A stretch of DNA of 63,377 nt, filler included, from Folioceros fuciformis (Eukaryota): assembly GCA_049999805.1 (NCBI GenBank). It is 6 parts of 6 records of this genome, joined end to end, with 100 filler letters (N's around TTAATTAATTAA, not from the genome) between each part and the next. Parts side by side here need not be neighbours in the genome. Positions count along the whole stretch, not along the records: positions 1 to 31,876 come from JBNGIO010005973.1; 5 more parts are not named here. One strand, 5' to 3'. The notes under the pieces are model-generated. The model saw nothing but the letters and a program-made list of their open reading frames with translations. It did no database searches and was not told where the DNA came from. The first letter of the stretch is position 1; the number at the start of each line of letters is the position of its first letter. This document shows, piece after piece, positions 12,045 to 24,073 of the stretch. The position numbers and the translations under genes are program-made.

Positions 12045-14729
12045 TCAGTCGTTCAGCCTTGATCGTAGACCCTCGAGCAGGCCATAGAGCAACTCATGTT
12101 CACGCCTGCAGACTCCTGCCTGAAATTTGTGCACTTTACGGTCGTGCTCGATCCAGCTTTGTCCAGGCTGCTTCCGCACAACCGATTTCAGTCTCAGCTC
12201 ATCCACTTCTCTTGCAGACTGATGCATGCCAGCATGGGCATAGATGTTAGACATCAGCGTGTATGCTGAGGCGTGTTTTGGGTCCACGCTCAAAGCACCT
12301 TGAAAGGCCCGCTTTGCCAGCACCACGTCCCCGTGCTTTCGGCAGGCGCCCAGTAAACATAGCCACACTGGCAGATCAGGCTGCATAGGCATCTGCGCGA
12401 GCAACTCTTCGGCCTTGCGCAAGAGCCCTGCGCGGCCAAAAAGATCAATCATGCAAGAGTAATGCGCCATCTCGGGAGAGATGCCATGATCCCTTGTCAT
12501 GCATTCAAAGTATTTCAATCCCTTGTCCACCATGCCAGCATGACTGCAGGAAGTGAGGAGAGCCAAAAATGTGCATCTGTCTGGTTTAACGCCAGTTTGA
12601 CGCATCTTCTCAAACAGCTGTAGCAACATCTCGTGAGCTCCTAGGCCAGCGTATCCAGCTAGCAGTGCATTCCATGATACCAAGTCAGGCTGAGGCAGTA
12701 AGTCAAAAACACGCTGGGCCTCGACCATGTCACCACATCTGCCATACGCCTGAATCAGACTTGTCGCCACAGACACACTGAACTCCGCATCACCCCCGAC
12801 AAGAGTCAGGTGGATACGTGCACAGGTGTCCAAAGATCCTGTACTACTGCATGCTTTCAACACAGACAGCAAGGTTGCCTCATTTGCCCTAACGCATTGA
12901 ACTTCCATCTGGGAAAAAAGGTCCAAAGCGTTTTCCCCTAGCTCCTGCTGCGCGTATGCTGCAATCATGGCATTCCATGAAACTACATTCCGAGTGGGCA
13001 GTGTCTCAAACACCTGTTCGGCCTCTTGGATGCTTCCACACTTTGCATACGCATTGATCAAACTGCTGCCCACAAACATATCTGAATCAAAATTCTCTTT
13101 CATAGTTGCAGCATGGATCTCCCTAACCCTTTGCAGTGCCTTCACCCGCACAGTTGTTTGGCCATCCACACGGGCAGCAGCCTCCTTTTCCTCAGAGGAG
13201 GCACATGCCAGCAGTAAGCTGGCGAGGGTCCTTGCGTTTGGCCTCAAACCCTCGTCTTGCATGCGGACATACAGCTGCCAAGCTTTTCCTGCGTTGTGGT
13301 GCTGAGCGCATGCTGCGATCATGGCATTCCATACCACCACAGTAGGGTGGGACACGCTATTAAACACCTGCTCCGCCTCCTTGAACCTCCCACATTTTGC
13401 GTACATGCTAATCGAAGTGCTTGCGACAAACACGTCTGAGTCAAAACCCCCATCAGCAGCTGCGGCGTGCAGCTCTCTCCCTTTTTGCAAGACCCTGGCC
13501 TTTGTAGTTAGCCCATCCACGAGTGCAATTCCCTCGCGTTCTGCCAGGCTGCTACATGCTTGCAGTACACTCACAAAGGTCTGTTGATTTGGTGTCGCTT
13601 GCTCCTCTTTCATCTGTAAGAAAGTCTCTAATGCCTTGTCTCCTTGGTCCTGCTGAGCATAAGCTGCGATCATGGCAGTCCACGTAACCACATTGCGCTT
13701 GGATAATCTTGTAAACACCTGAGCTGCATCCTTGACGCTCCCACATTTTGCATACATACTAACCAACGAGCTACCAAGAAACATATCTGCATCAAAACCC
13801 CCTTCCTTAGCTCTAGCATGCACATTTCGGCCTTCCTGCAGAGACACCACTTTCACATTCCTCCCCTCTGCAAGAGCACTTTGTTCCAGTTCTGCAAGGC
13901 TGCCACATGCTTGGGCAGCACTCACAAAGGTTCGGACATCTGGCCTTACCCCTTCGGCTTGCATTTGGTGATAGATGTCTAACGCCTTTTCTCCTTGGTC
14001 ATGTTGAGCATATGCGGAAAGCATGGCATTCCACGATACTACAGTGCGCTGGGACAGTCCATTGAAGACCTGCCGTGCTTCGCTGATGCTCCCACACTTG
14101 CCATACATATTAACCAAAGCGCTTCCGACATAGGTATCAGATTCAACCCCATGCTTTCGAGCATCAGCATGAATACGCTTGCCTTCTTGAAGGTCCTTCA
14201 ATCTGCTGCATGCTTTCAATAGGCAAACGAATGTATAGTTATTGGGCTGCACGCCTTCCTGTTGCATCTGTTCATAGCATGACAGAGCCTTACGAGATTG
14301 TCCAGAACTGTCATATCCTGATATGATGGCTGTCCACGAGTAAACTGTTCGTTTGGACAGCCTGCGAAATAGCTCTAGCCCGTCCCTGAAGCTCCCACAG
14401 TTAACCAGCGTGGTGATCATATGATCTCCCAAGGAATGGTTACACTCCAACCCACGTTTTGCCAAATGAGCTTGGACCTGCTTGGCCCCGGCCAGTGCTT
14501 TCTTTTTTGTGCAAGCTCGCAGTAGCCTCTGGTACATGTTCACTGAAGGCACACTTCCCTGGTGGTCCATGTCCACCAGCAAGGACAGAACCTGGTCTAG
14601 TTTTCCTTCCCTGCAAAGAGTCTCAAACCGACAGATATCCATGGATGTCATTGAGGTCCTGTAATGGCACAACCGGAAAGAACTCGAGCCAGTCAGGACG
14701 ACAAGTACCCTGCCAGCAACAGCTCTCAT
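12045..14729 (-). CDS. PLS-class pentatricopeptide repeat protein, E/E+ subtype without DYW domain (organellar RNA editing factor family)
   Basis: A long uninterrupted ORF of P-L-S triplets (VVSWNAMIAAY, TFVSVLQACS, FVGSSLINAYAKCG), E domain (VWLCLLGACRKHG...YTLMSNIYAHAG) and PG box PGQSWIE, then a stop with no HSE/CxxC/DYW. The track start at 14810 is TTG; the first in-frame ATG is 14729. An upstream exon is possible. Confidence 0.95.
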   Translation of the reverse strand: MRAVAGRVLVVLTGSSSFRLCHYRTSMTSMDICRFETLCREGKLDQVLSLLVDMDHQGSVPSVNMYQRLLRACTKKKALAGAKQVQAHLAKRGLECNHSLGDHMITTLVNCGSFRDGLELFRRLSKRTVYSWTAIISGYDSSGQSRKALSCYEQMQQEGVQPNNYTFVCLLKACSRLKDLQEGKRIHADARKHGVESDTYVGSALVNMYGKCGSISEARQVFNGLSQRTVVSWNAMLSAYAQHDQGEKALDIYHQMQAEGVRPDVRTFVSAAQACGSLAELEQSALAEGRNVKVVSLQEGRNVHARAKEGGFDADMFLGSSLVSMYAKCGSVKDAAQVFTRLSKRNVVTWTAMIAAYAQQDQGDKALETFLQMKEEQATPNQQTFVSVLQACSSLAEREGIALVDGLTTKARVLQKGRELHAAAADGGFDSDVFVASTSISMYAKCGRFKEAEQVFNSVSHPTVVVWNAMIAACAQHHNAGKAWQLYVRMQDEGLRPNARTLASLLLACASSEEKEAAARVDGQTTVRVKALQRVREIHAATMKENFDSDMFVGSSLINAYAKCGSIQEAEQVFETLPTRNVVSWNAMIAAYAQQELGENALDLFSQMEVQCVRANEATLLSVLKACSSTGSLDTCARIHLTLVGGDAEFSVSVATSLIQAYGRCGDMVEAQRVFDLLPQPDLVSWNALLAGYAGLGAHEMLLQLFEKMRQTGVKPDRCTFLALLTSCSHAGMVDKGLKYFECMTRDHGISPEMAHYSCMIDLFGRAGLLRKAEELLAQMPMQPDLPVWLCLLGACRKHGDVVLAKRAFQGALSVDPKHASAYTLMSNIYAHAGMHQSAREVDELRLKSVVRKQPGQSWIEHDRKVHKFQAGVCRREHELLYGLLEGLRSRLND

Positions 14730-14976
14730 CACACTCACAAGTGAAACAATGGAAAACTGAAGCACCTCGTTGGAGAGAAAAAAACCTTTCACTTGCAGAC
14801 GTCGAGACAAATATAGACCAAGGTGCGCTTCTCATTCCAAACTGCAGCTCCACATCTGCCATGTCAACGTTGGAATCATAATCCACCACTCCAGTAACAC
14901 GCTTCAGGACGGTAAGGCCCTTCCTCAGACCATGACATGGACAGTCAGGTCAGAAAATCTAGACGACAGGCGAGCT

Positions 14977-15059
14977 TCCATGGTTTCACATTCTGTGCAT
15001 TGGTGGTCAATCACAGACGGCCTTCCTTGGTTTCACATTCTGTGCATTGGTTGTCGATG
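14977..15059. repeat. About 47-bp tandem duplication between the divergent PPR and PLAC8 genes
   Basis: tggtttcacattctgtgcattggt occurs twice. Confidence 0.8.
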
Positions 15060-15227
15060 AGCTGAGGTGAAGTGCAGTGCAATGGTAGCAGGATGGACGA
15101 ACCGAAGTACAAGGTTCACAAGTGTCCGGGAGGCAGGTTTGTTCCTCCGCTCAGTGTCAAGGTCATGCGCATCCTATCCGCCTGATGACACTTGTCAAGT
15201 GCAAATGAAGAGCAGAGGTTATCAGAA

Positions 15228-16084
15228 ATGACAAGACGCAGCTACATGGGAGCTGTTTCCGAGGCGTGGAAGACGCGGATTGCCGGCTCCGAATGCCCTA
15301 AAACCTTGCGATGCAACCATGGAGTGTGCATCAGAGCACAAACCCGAAGTAGGCTCGTTCCCGAAGAAGCAGCTGGCCGTAACTTCAGCTATAGCTCTCC
15401 AACCATGGTATTCCCGTTCAGTAAATCCGAGAAATGGCACACTGGCTACTGTGGATGCTTTGAGGACTGGAAGTCATGTGAGTTTCAAATTCCTTTGTTT
15501 GCAAGCTCTCACAGCAGGCATCAGATCTGACATTCTTGATACATGTTCCAGGTCTGTGTGGCTGCTTCTGCCCTTGCGTACTGGTGGGCAGAATAGTGGA
15601 GATCATCGATCAAGGAGCCACATGTGAGTAGACTGTCGTCCGCTTTTTCTTTCAGTGGCAGTCATCGCATATTCCACGAGCCCAACTACATGGCTGTGAC
15701 GCAAAGCTGAGGAGATGGAGATGTGCAGCCTGCCGTGCAGGGTGCATGCTGTTCTGCTGCTTGCAGACCTGCACAGGGTGCGGGTGTCTGTACACTTGCG
15801 GGTACAGGTCACGGCTACGTCAAAAATTCGGGCTCCCAGCACAGCCGTGCCCCGATTTCTTCGCAGACTGTCTTTGTCCATGCTGCTCTCTCACGCAACA
15901 GTACCGAGAACTGAAGCACCGCGGCTACGAGCCCTCTCGGGGTAATCATCTTCTGCACCTAATTCAGGAATGACCGTCACTTCTCATTTGCTTTCCAAAC
16001 AAGCATGCTGACGACGTCCACGGACCAGGGTACGAGGGGAACAAGGGTGTCAAACTTCCACAGCTCCAGATCATGAAGAAGTAA
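15228..16084 (+). CDS. PLAC8-family Cys-rich protein (PCR/CNR/FW2.2-like), 4 or more exons
   Basis: Spliced reading WHTGYCGCFEDWKSC|LCGCFCPCVLVGRIVEIIDQGAT|...YTCGYRSRLRQKFGLPAQPCPDFFADCLCPCCSLTQQYRELKHRGYEPSR|GYEGNKGVKLPQLQIMKK* with GT-AG introns. The start is uncertain; an upstream exon from ATG about 15093 is possible. Confidence 0.9.
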
Positions 16085-16494
16085 AGCAGCAAAGGAAGCC
16101 CCAGGTGTCCAAATTTACCACAAACATGGTTGCCGTGAAGGATCGCAATTGCTCATGCTGTGTCGGGACCACCCTCCGACGCCTGCATGTTCTATGTACC
16201 TGTTGGGACGTCCTATCTGAACAGACCAGAGACAATGACTTGTGCAAAGGAGATGATGCTTTGCTCTAGCGTTGAAAACCTCCATATTTCCATTACTGCC
16301 GTGCCATGCACAACAAAGCAATCACACACTTCGTTACTGTGTAATCTCTCCTCCTGTGATTGAGAAGTTGGTGCAATTGCCACTGCCGAGTCTGTACGAT
16401 CTAACCCTCCATCAACACCAACGTGTGCAATGCCGTGTCATATCCAGCCGTGACACCACCAGGAATCTTCATCCGGCCTTTCCTCGCTGGCTCA

Positions 16495-16618
16495 TGCTGC
16501 TATGTTTGGGAATGTGCCTCCGGCATCCTTGAGTCTATGCTGCTATGTTTGGGAATGTGCTTCCAGGATCCTTGACCCTACTACTATGTTTGGGAATGTA
16601 CCTTCCTGATCCTTGACT
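16495..16618. repeat. Minisatellite, about 42-bp unit x3
   Basis: ctatgtttgggaatgt..cttcc..gatccttga occurs three times in tandem. Confidence 0.85.
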
Positions 16619-18058
16619 GCTTCTATTCTAGATCGATTGAGAGCAGTAGAATACAAAGCAGAGTAGCCACTTGGAGCCAACAGTAACAGGCTGGCTTTGC
16701 CACGTGCTCATGAAGAAAGTCAGGTCCGAATCTCCGAATCTCTCGAAGGAGTGTCTGTAAGGCAGCCTAAATCGGGCTTTTACTGTACGAGTGTCAGGCT
16801 CCGCACCTGGACATTGTTCATTACGCGCACGGCTGCTAGGAGTACCGTATGGTGCATGTATGTACATACTTTGCAGTTTATATGATAAACTGAGACGCCA
16901 AAGAATCTATGGGGGCCATGCGAAGGAGGAAAGGAATTTATAATTGCCTAGTACGTACTGCATTCCACATTGCACATATATGTACCTTATTGAGGGTAAT
17001 AGTATCTCTCTAATTCTCTGGTAGATATTTATGTAATTTTTTTATTGTAAATATTATTATAATCTTTGTAGTCAAGCACTCTAGAAATCTGTACATATGA
17101 TTTTTCGGACGGTAAACCTAATATCCCTAATATCCTCATGATCGACGAACCATCTCAAAGCGCCCATGTAAACAACACTTCAATGAGTATTCCCACTATT
17201 GTCAACTATACTAAGTCGGCCTTAATCAAGTACACATAAATGTTTGATGAGTGAAGTCATGGATACTTCAATTCTCAACATGGTGTGTGCTAATGTTGCA
17301 CAATCATTCAAAAGTGCCACATAACAAAAGTTGTCTTATCATTGAATTTGATCATATTCCACTTTTCAAGCCATTAGTCCTATTGCTTATCAACTTGATC
17401 GTGTCCCTTCTCACAAATGGCATTAGGTCTTGGACATTCCCCTTCTTAAACCTTTTGTTTGTTCTTCCCCTTCTCATCCCCAACCCACCTTAGATTTTAG
17501 GAAATCTAAGTATAAAATTAATGGCATCCTCAAACATCAAACTCATCACTACCGCCCTGTACACTTTATGCTGTAGTGTAGCTATTCACTCTTTAAAGTC
17601 ACTAGGGAGGCTAAAGCTCTCACTACTTACCATACATCCTACAGTTTTGTGGGTGAAACCCTTTCTACCCCTAGGTGAGTTATTAGTGAATGCGAGGGTT
17701 AGCCAACTATGATTGTTTGATAATCCACAGCCATAGGAGGAATAAAGGTGAACTAGCTAAAGAGCAGGAGACTAGGTTTTGGCACAATTTTTCTTTCGTT
17801 GGGTAAGCTTGCCATTGCTGAGCTTCATACAACCCCATTGCCAAAGATGTCAATCATACAAGAGTGGAATCACATCCATGCAAAGTTTTAACATGCTCCT
17901 CCAAGAGGAGAAGACACAACAAATAAGGAGGATGCTAATGATTTGTAATGCAGCATATGAGCATAGAGCATATACAGGCACCCCTATGAACCAATTTGAG
18001 GGCAAGTGTGCGGTGGATGTGTTGTGTTGTATAAGGCTTGGAGGCCATGACAAGGGCC

Positions 18059-18897
18059 TGTCGCGCAGCAGCCGCATAGCTGCATGCCTACCTAGCCTGT
18101 CTACCAAGCTAGGTCACTGAGCTTCCGCCTGCCTGCGATCTCCTTGGCCTTCGACCCAGGAGCAACAATCCTAGCCTTAATTTGTCCTTGACCTATGGCC
18201 AAGAGCAAGGCTACAAAAAGAGACTAGGTTTGCCTAAGAGAGGCAGACCCGGGACCCGTCAACAGGTGAAATCAAGCTGGAAAATTCTCCCAACCTGGCA
18301 ATGCAACGAACCACAAGAACCTCTAGGAGACAAAGACACAGCAGGGACGAAGTATGGCTGTCTATTGGAACAAGACAAACATCAACAATCCGAGAATCCA
18401 TGGCTGGGTGCCTACATATATAGGCAAAAACTCCCAGGAGTTCTCGATGAAGTGTCCACCCGTATCGATGGTGGGCACTTTATAATCCTACTTTCCTTGA
18501 TTTATGATTTTTATGTATTTTCTAATATCTTCTAATATAAATCTGCTATCTATATATGCGGCATAGCACCGCGCCTTTCATGCACAACCATGCATATAGG
18601 TTGCATGCGCCATGACACATCACCTGCCACATGTCCACATACATCACATGTCATCCTTCATCTCCATATGCATGCATACATGGCACACATGCATATATGG
18701 CATACATGTCATGTGCAGGCCATCCATGGGCCATGTACATGACATCATCAAGCACTTCAGCATCAGGGCTTATGCCCGAGATGCTCCAGTCAGTATCTAG
18801 TCATTTCAGCATTCAGGGCTTATGCCCAGGATGCTCTAGTCAGTATCCAGTCATAGAGTCTTAGGTGCTCTGTTTCCCATACAGCAACAGCATGACA
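18059..18897. mobile_element. Solo-LTR-like insertion with TG...CA ends and a GGCC target-site duplication
   Basis: It starts TGTCGCG and ends CATGACA, with GGCC at 18055-18058 and 18898-18901. Segment 18265-18897 is nearly identical to 33871-34503, which lies next to a gag ORF. Confidence 0.8.
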
Positions 18898-20366
18898 GGC
18901 CCTTCAAACTAGCCTAGATGTCAAAAAAAAAATGTAAAAGAATAGTACCTACTACCGTCATGGTAGTGATACAACCATAGGAGTATGGTATGCATGTAAA
19001 GGTAGGCCAATTTTGGGACACATCCACCTACCTAGGAGTAAGAAAGCATGTATGTAGGTAGACAATCTTAAGATTGCTTACCTACATACATGCTCTCTCT
19101 ATGTGTTTACTTACGCAAGCTTGGGTATGTAAACACATGAATGTTCCTCCACATAACATAGCTTCCCTTACATTTTTATCCACAAGTAGCAATTTTAGAC
19201 AGATTAAGGGTCCTAAGCAACATGGCAATCAAGGTGTGAGAACCTTTGTCTACTTCCATTAGGTGTTGAATGTTGCTCCCTCCCTGTGCTACATTGCTAA
19301 GAAGCTAGGGCTCAAGGAAGTAGAATGTCTTGGCAATGCCCTAGCTTGTTAACGACTTTGACCTAGAATGAAGGAGGGTCTCAAGGAGGGTGAGAAAACC
19401 TTATCTCAGCTATGTTGTTTGGCATTAGGGCTCCCTATGGAAGACTAGTTCAGGTAAGCATGGAAATCAATGGTAAGCGTGTTGTTGGGTAGGCACACTA
19501 CAAATGCATGAGGGATTACAAGTACGGTGCAAATAGGAATTTTGTATGCATGAAAACGTAATTGCTTGTTGCCCGGCTTTGGTAACTAGTCACTGTTGGT
19601 TGAAGGCACTAAAGCAACTTGTTTAATCCCCGAGTTTGGAGAAATTGTCGCATATAATTGTAGTTTGATGATGCCCACAAAATTCCGCAACTGAGCAAGA
19701 CTTCCATGGGGGGCAAGTGTGGTGTGACCATTGGGTGGACAGATCAGTGGGGAGCGAAGGTCGAAAGGCAGAATCTGTGGTAGCCGCCCGAGGTGGGCCC
19801 CAAGATCCCCGAGAAGCTTCCTTCGTAGATAAGAGCCCCGTTGGCCCAGACAGTTTCAGCCGAAGTAAGGAAGCCAGGTGTATGTCCGAAACGCACCGCG
19901 TCCTGGCCCTTGGGCCCAGTGAGACGCAGCTGCTCCAGTGAGCGAGCACCTGTGCCATAGGCCTCTGGGCAACAGGGATGGGGGGACCGGGCTCGACCAT
20001 AAATAACTCCAGCTCCCTTCCCGTTACGGTAGTATATGTAGCTGTGTACTTCCTCCCTAGGATGTCACCGTTCCCAGCGAGCGCACCATCATTCGGCTCA
20101 GAGTGTACATGTGGTGCCAATTTCCAGCTTTTCGAAAGCCGATGTTGCTCTAGCGCTAGTGGAACAGTGTTCTGGAATTTTTGTGCTGCTGCTGCTCACT
20201 GTCACAATCCAATTCACGCTTGCGGATGGAGCGGGTCTTGTGAGGATTTGGAGTCGGATTGTGTAGTTCCTCCTTGGTTTGGATTTGTGGATGTGTTTGT
20301 AGCGTAGCCATGGCTAGCGGTTTGATATGGATAGCTACCGTGCTCGCTTAGTGTTCACCTTGTAGT

Positions 20367-23300
20367 ATGGAGGAGAGGGCAGACGTGTCGGATCTCGAAA
20401 CATGCGCGGGGAATTTAGCTGGCCGAGGGGCCTTTTGGAATGTGGACCAAGCGCTGGATCAGCCTATAGGGGAAGAGGCTGGTCGTGTACGTGGCATGGG
20501 AGGTGTTGTGCAGGTGAGCTAGTTCTTCTTCATTTGGATAGTTGCAGTCTGTAGAAGCGAATTGAGAACCCGAGCGAGGGTGCGGATTTTGAGGTAGTTC
20601 TTGTCTCCTGTCTTCAGGCACTGCCTATGGTGGTGACTCTGCGCCTGGCTTTCCAGAGTCTGGGAGTTGTTTACGGAGACCTGGGCACGTCCCCGTTGTA
20701 CGTGTTCAGAAGCGTTTTCTTCAATGGGATCGACCCGGAGAATGTGACGGAGGACGTACTGGGAGCTCTTAGCCTGGTGTTCTACACTGTGACGCTGATT
20801 CCTGTGATTAAGTATGTATTTATAGTGTTGAGAGCCAGTGACCTTGGGGAAGGTAAGATGCTGCTTGACCTTGGTTTCTGTCAGCGTCCCAGGGTTGTAA
20901 GGTTGAGCTGAAGGGTGATGTGATGTTTGTGATGTGAAGGGGGAACATTTGCTCTCTACTCCTTGATTTGCCGGCATGTAAATATTAGCTCTTTGCCAAA
21001 TAAGCATCCTACTGATGAGAAGCTCACGACTTACGTCAAAAAGGAACTACCTCCTAGTAGTCTGGGTTACAAGTTGAAGCGCAAGTTGGAGGAAAGCAAG
21101 TTTTGGCAGAATGTGTTGCTTGTCTTGGTGCTTTTGGGAACGTGCATGGTTATAGGGGATGGCATTTTGACTCCTGCAATTTCAGGTATGATTCTGCTTG
21201 CTAGCGAAGTCACTCCAGACCTTTACCCAGTCGTGACGGTTAAAGATCGGTCTTCTAGCTCCCTGGACTCTAAGCTGGGTCCCGTCCTTTTGGGAATCGC
21301 TTTATTGGATTTCCTGAAGGCTCAGTTTAAGCTCGTGAAGAGATGATGTCATTCTGGTTGCATCACGGGTGCAGTTCTGTCGGCGGTTGATGGTATTCGA
21401 ACCGAGAACAACAACTTGAGTCAAGGTGAGTCACAGACCTCACTTCTGCCGTTGTATGGAATAAGCAGCTATGCTTGGTGAGAAACGCATGAGCTGAAAA
21501 TTTTGCGGTTTCTTCACAGAAATGGTTGTTGTGTTGGCCATTGGGATATTGGTCGCCTTGTTCGCCATGCAGCGGTCTGGGACGACTAAGGTGGCATTCC
21601 TTTTTGCTCCGGTGGTACTGGTGTGGTTTCTTTCAATTGGGGGAGTTGGAATCTACAATGTGGTGCGGCATGATACCTCTGTGCTCCGAGCTCTTTCTCC
21701 TCACTACCTGTTCAAGTTTTTTCAAAGAAACAAGCACAGAGGATGGGCTTCTCTCGGTGGGGTAGTGCTTTCCATTACTGGTGAGTGCTCCGATGCCCAT
21801 ATGAACTTCCAAATTTTGATGTGAAGTTCCAATCATTACGGTTGAACCTGCATCCGGCCTAATGCCTGGTACGTTTTGTGAAGGTACGGAGGCATTGTTT
21901 GCTGATTTGGGGCACTTCACAGACACGTCGATTCGGGTAAGCCTTCCTTTGGTTCTCGTGGGGTTCCCAGTCTAGGTGTGTAAGCTGACTCTCATGATGT
22001 TGGATCGATGTGGCCTCGATCAGATAGCCTTCATGACGGTGGTGTTTCCCTGCTTGATGTTTGCTTACTTCGGTCAAGCAGCTTACCTTTTGGAACATCC
22101 TGAAGATGTGTTCAAAACTTTCTACAAGTCACTCCCAGGCAAGCTTTGCTTACCTGATTCTGGCATCCTGTGTGGCCTTTGGTGGTTGTTGTTGTTGACT
22201 GGAAATCAAATGGTTGGGTTGTGAACAGATCCATTGTATTGGCCTGTCTTCGTCGTGGCGACCTTGGCTGCAATAATTGCCAGCCAAGCGATCATTTCAG
22301 CAACGTTTTCCATTGTCAAGCAGTCGGTTGCCCTTTCTTGTTTTCCTCGGGTGAAGATTATCCACACTTCAAAGGAGCTGTTGGGAAGGATATATATCCC
22401 TGAAGTGAATTGGATTCTTATGGGCCTCTCCATTGTTGTCGTCGCCGGGTTTCAAGATACTACTCAGATTGGCAATGCTTATGGTAAGCGAAACGGTGGA
22501 GTGGTCTAGTTGTGTTTTTGAAGACTTGGTGGTTGAAATTTTACCAGTCAGTGTAACGGTGAAGGTTATCGTTTGCAGGTATAGCTGTTGTGGCTGTGTT
22601 TCTGGTAACAACATGCCTAACAGCGCTCATCATGGTAGTAGTTTGGCAAAAACACGTTTTACTGGCTGTTGGATTCCTGCTATTTTTCGGATTTATCGAG
22701 TCTGTATACCTATCCGCTGTCCTCTCCAAGGCGGCTCAGGGAGGGTGGGTTCCCATCGTCATCTCAGCGGCCCTCATGACCGTAATGTATTCCTGGCACT
22801 ACGGAAGTTTGAAGCGATACGAGTTTGAGATGCAGAACAAAGTCTCGGTGGGCTATATTGCCAGTCTTGGTCCCAGCCTCGGGCTCGTCAGAGTACCTGG
22901 TATTGGGCTCGTTTACACCCAGCTAGCCCATGGAGTTCCCTCTATCTTCTCGCATTTCATTACAAATCTCCCAGCCATGCACTCAACTCTCATCTTTGTC
23001 TGCATCAAGTATCTCCCAGTGGCTACGGTCATTGATAGAGAGAGGTTTTTGTTCAGACGCATTGGGCCCAAGGAGTATTCTATGTTCCGGTGTGCCGTGA
23101 GGTACGGTTACACAGATGTTCACAAGAAAGATGATGACTTTGAGGAAGTCCTTATGAAAAGCCTGGAGAGCCATTTAAGGAAAGAGGCGCTGGACAATTA
23201 TTTGCTGCAGTCGGAGGAAGAAAGCTTGCAAAGTAGAACACTGGGTGCAATCTGGGCTGCACACCTTGAGGGAGCGAGGCAAGAAGGGAGTCCCGAGATA

Positions 23301-23597
23301 ACAAGTGTTGGGCCCGAGAGCATTGCAACGGAAGTTGAGTTGAGTCCGTACAGCTCGCTAGATGCGGATGTCGCACTGGAAGAAGATTTGGCATTTCTCA
23401 CCAGAGGTAAGGAGGCTGGTCTGGTACATCTTCTGGGAAACACCTCTGTGCGAGCCAGAAGAGATTCCGGTCTCATGAACAGGTTTCTGATCGACGGCTG
23501 CTATTCCTTCCTCCGCAGAATATGCAGAGACAGCAGTGTGACGTTGAAAATACCCCATGAAAATCTCTTGCAGGTGGGCATGGTGTACTATGTTTAG
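20367..23597 (+). CDS. KUP: HAK/KUP/KT potassium transporter, about 9 exons, resembling the KUP10/11 cluster
   Basis: Signature [78 protein letters not shown] and terminal [10 protein letters not shown]. Exon 1 is 20367-20513 ([11 protein letters not shown]), exon 2 is 20618-20852, exon 3 is 20940-21185, and the last exon ends at 23597. Confidence 0.97.
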
Positions 23598-24073
23598 GCG
23601 AAATGAAGCTAAAGCATAGGTCGCACGCTACTCCATACATGCAGTTTGTACAATATTTCTCTGTAGCGGCAGAGAGGTCAATCTCTTTAGGCTCAGTTGT
23701 CTTATAGCATAGCAATGTCAGGAGCCTGAAACAGTGGTGAACCCATTAAATGCACCGGGTGGAACTTTTTATCGGACCTGTTGAGTCCTGTTAAGTAAAA
23801 CAGGGGTATGAAGCTGTTGCGTATCTCTAGAGAATCGGTTTGCCTCGCTCTTTTCAGTGCGAATGATCTGGATTTTCCTTACTCCTGTTTAAGCGGAGCA
23901 ACCTAGAGTTTCAACCACCTGCAGCATCCTGCATCAATATTCCATGCAGTCAGCTCTCCGTAACTACAATTTGGTGCAGCTGTTAATTCACTGACCTTTC
24001 TCAGACGCACCCAAGCTTCCGATCCAACCCTAGGATCAATTGTCATAAGAGGTTGTTGAATGTAAATTCCTGA

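Noticed and set aside
16495..16618. Short repeats with variable intervening bases, superficially CRISPR-like (also 6852-7055 and 31694-31858)
   Set aside because: The units are contiguous degenerate tandem copies without unique spacers, there are no cas genes, and the context is eukaryotic.
18182..18864. ORFs in the LTR (and duplicates at 33677-34470), including His/Met-rich peptides
   Set aside because: They are by-products of the low-complexity CATG-rich LTR sequence and have no domain features.
18262..18899. ACAGG direct repeat suggesting tyrosine-recombinase (DIRS-like) integration
   Set aside because: The ACA and GG bases are shared with the 33.9-kb copy, the larger TG...CA unit with a GGCC TSD explains the site better, and no recombinase is seen.
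17000..19620. Decayed transposon-like intergenic DNA around the solo LTR (similarly 30600-31690 and 44650-46500)
   Set aside because: I could not identify any termini or protein motifs by eye.
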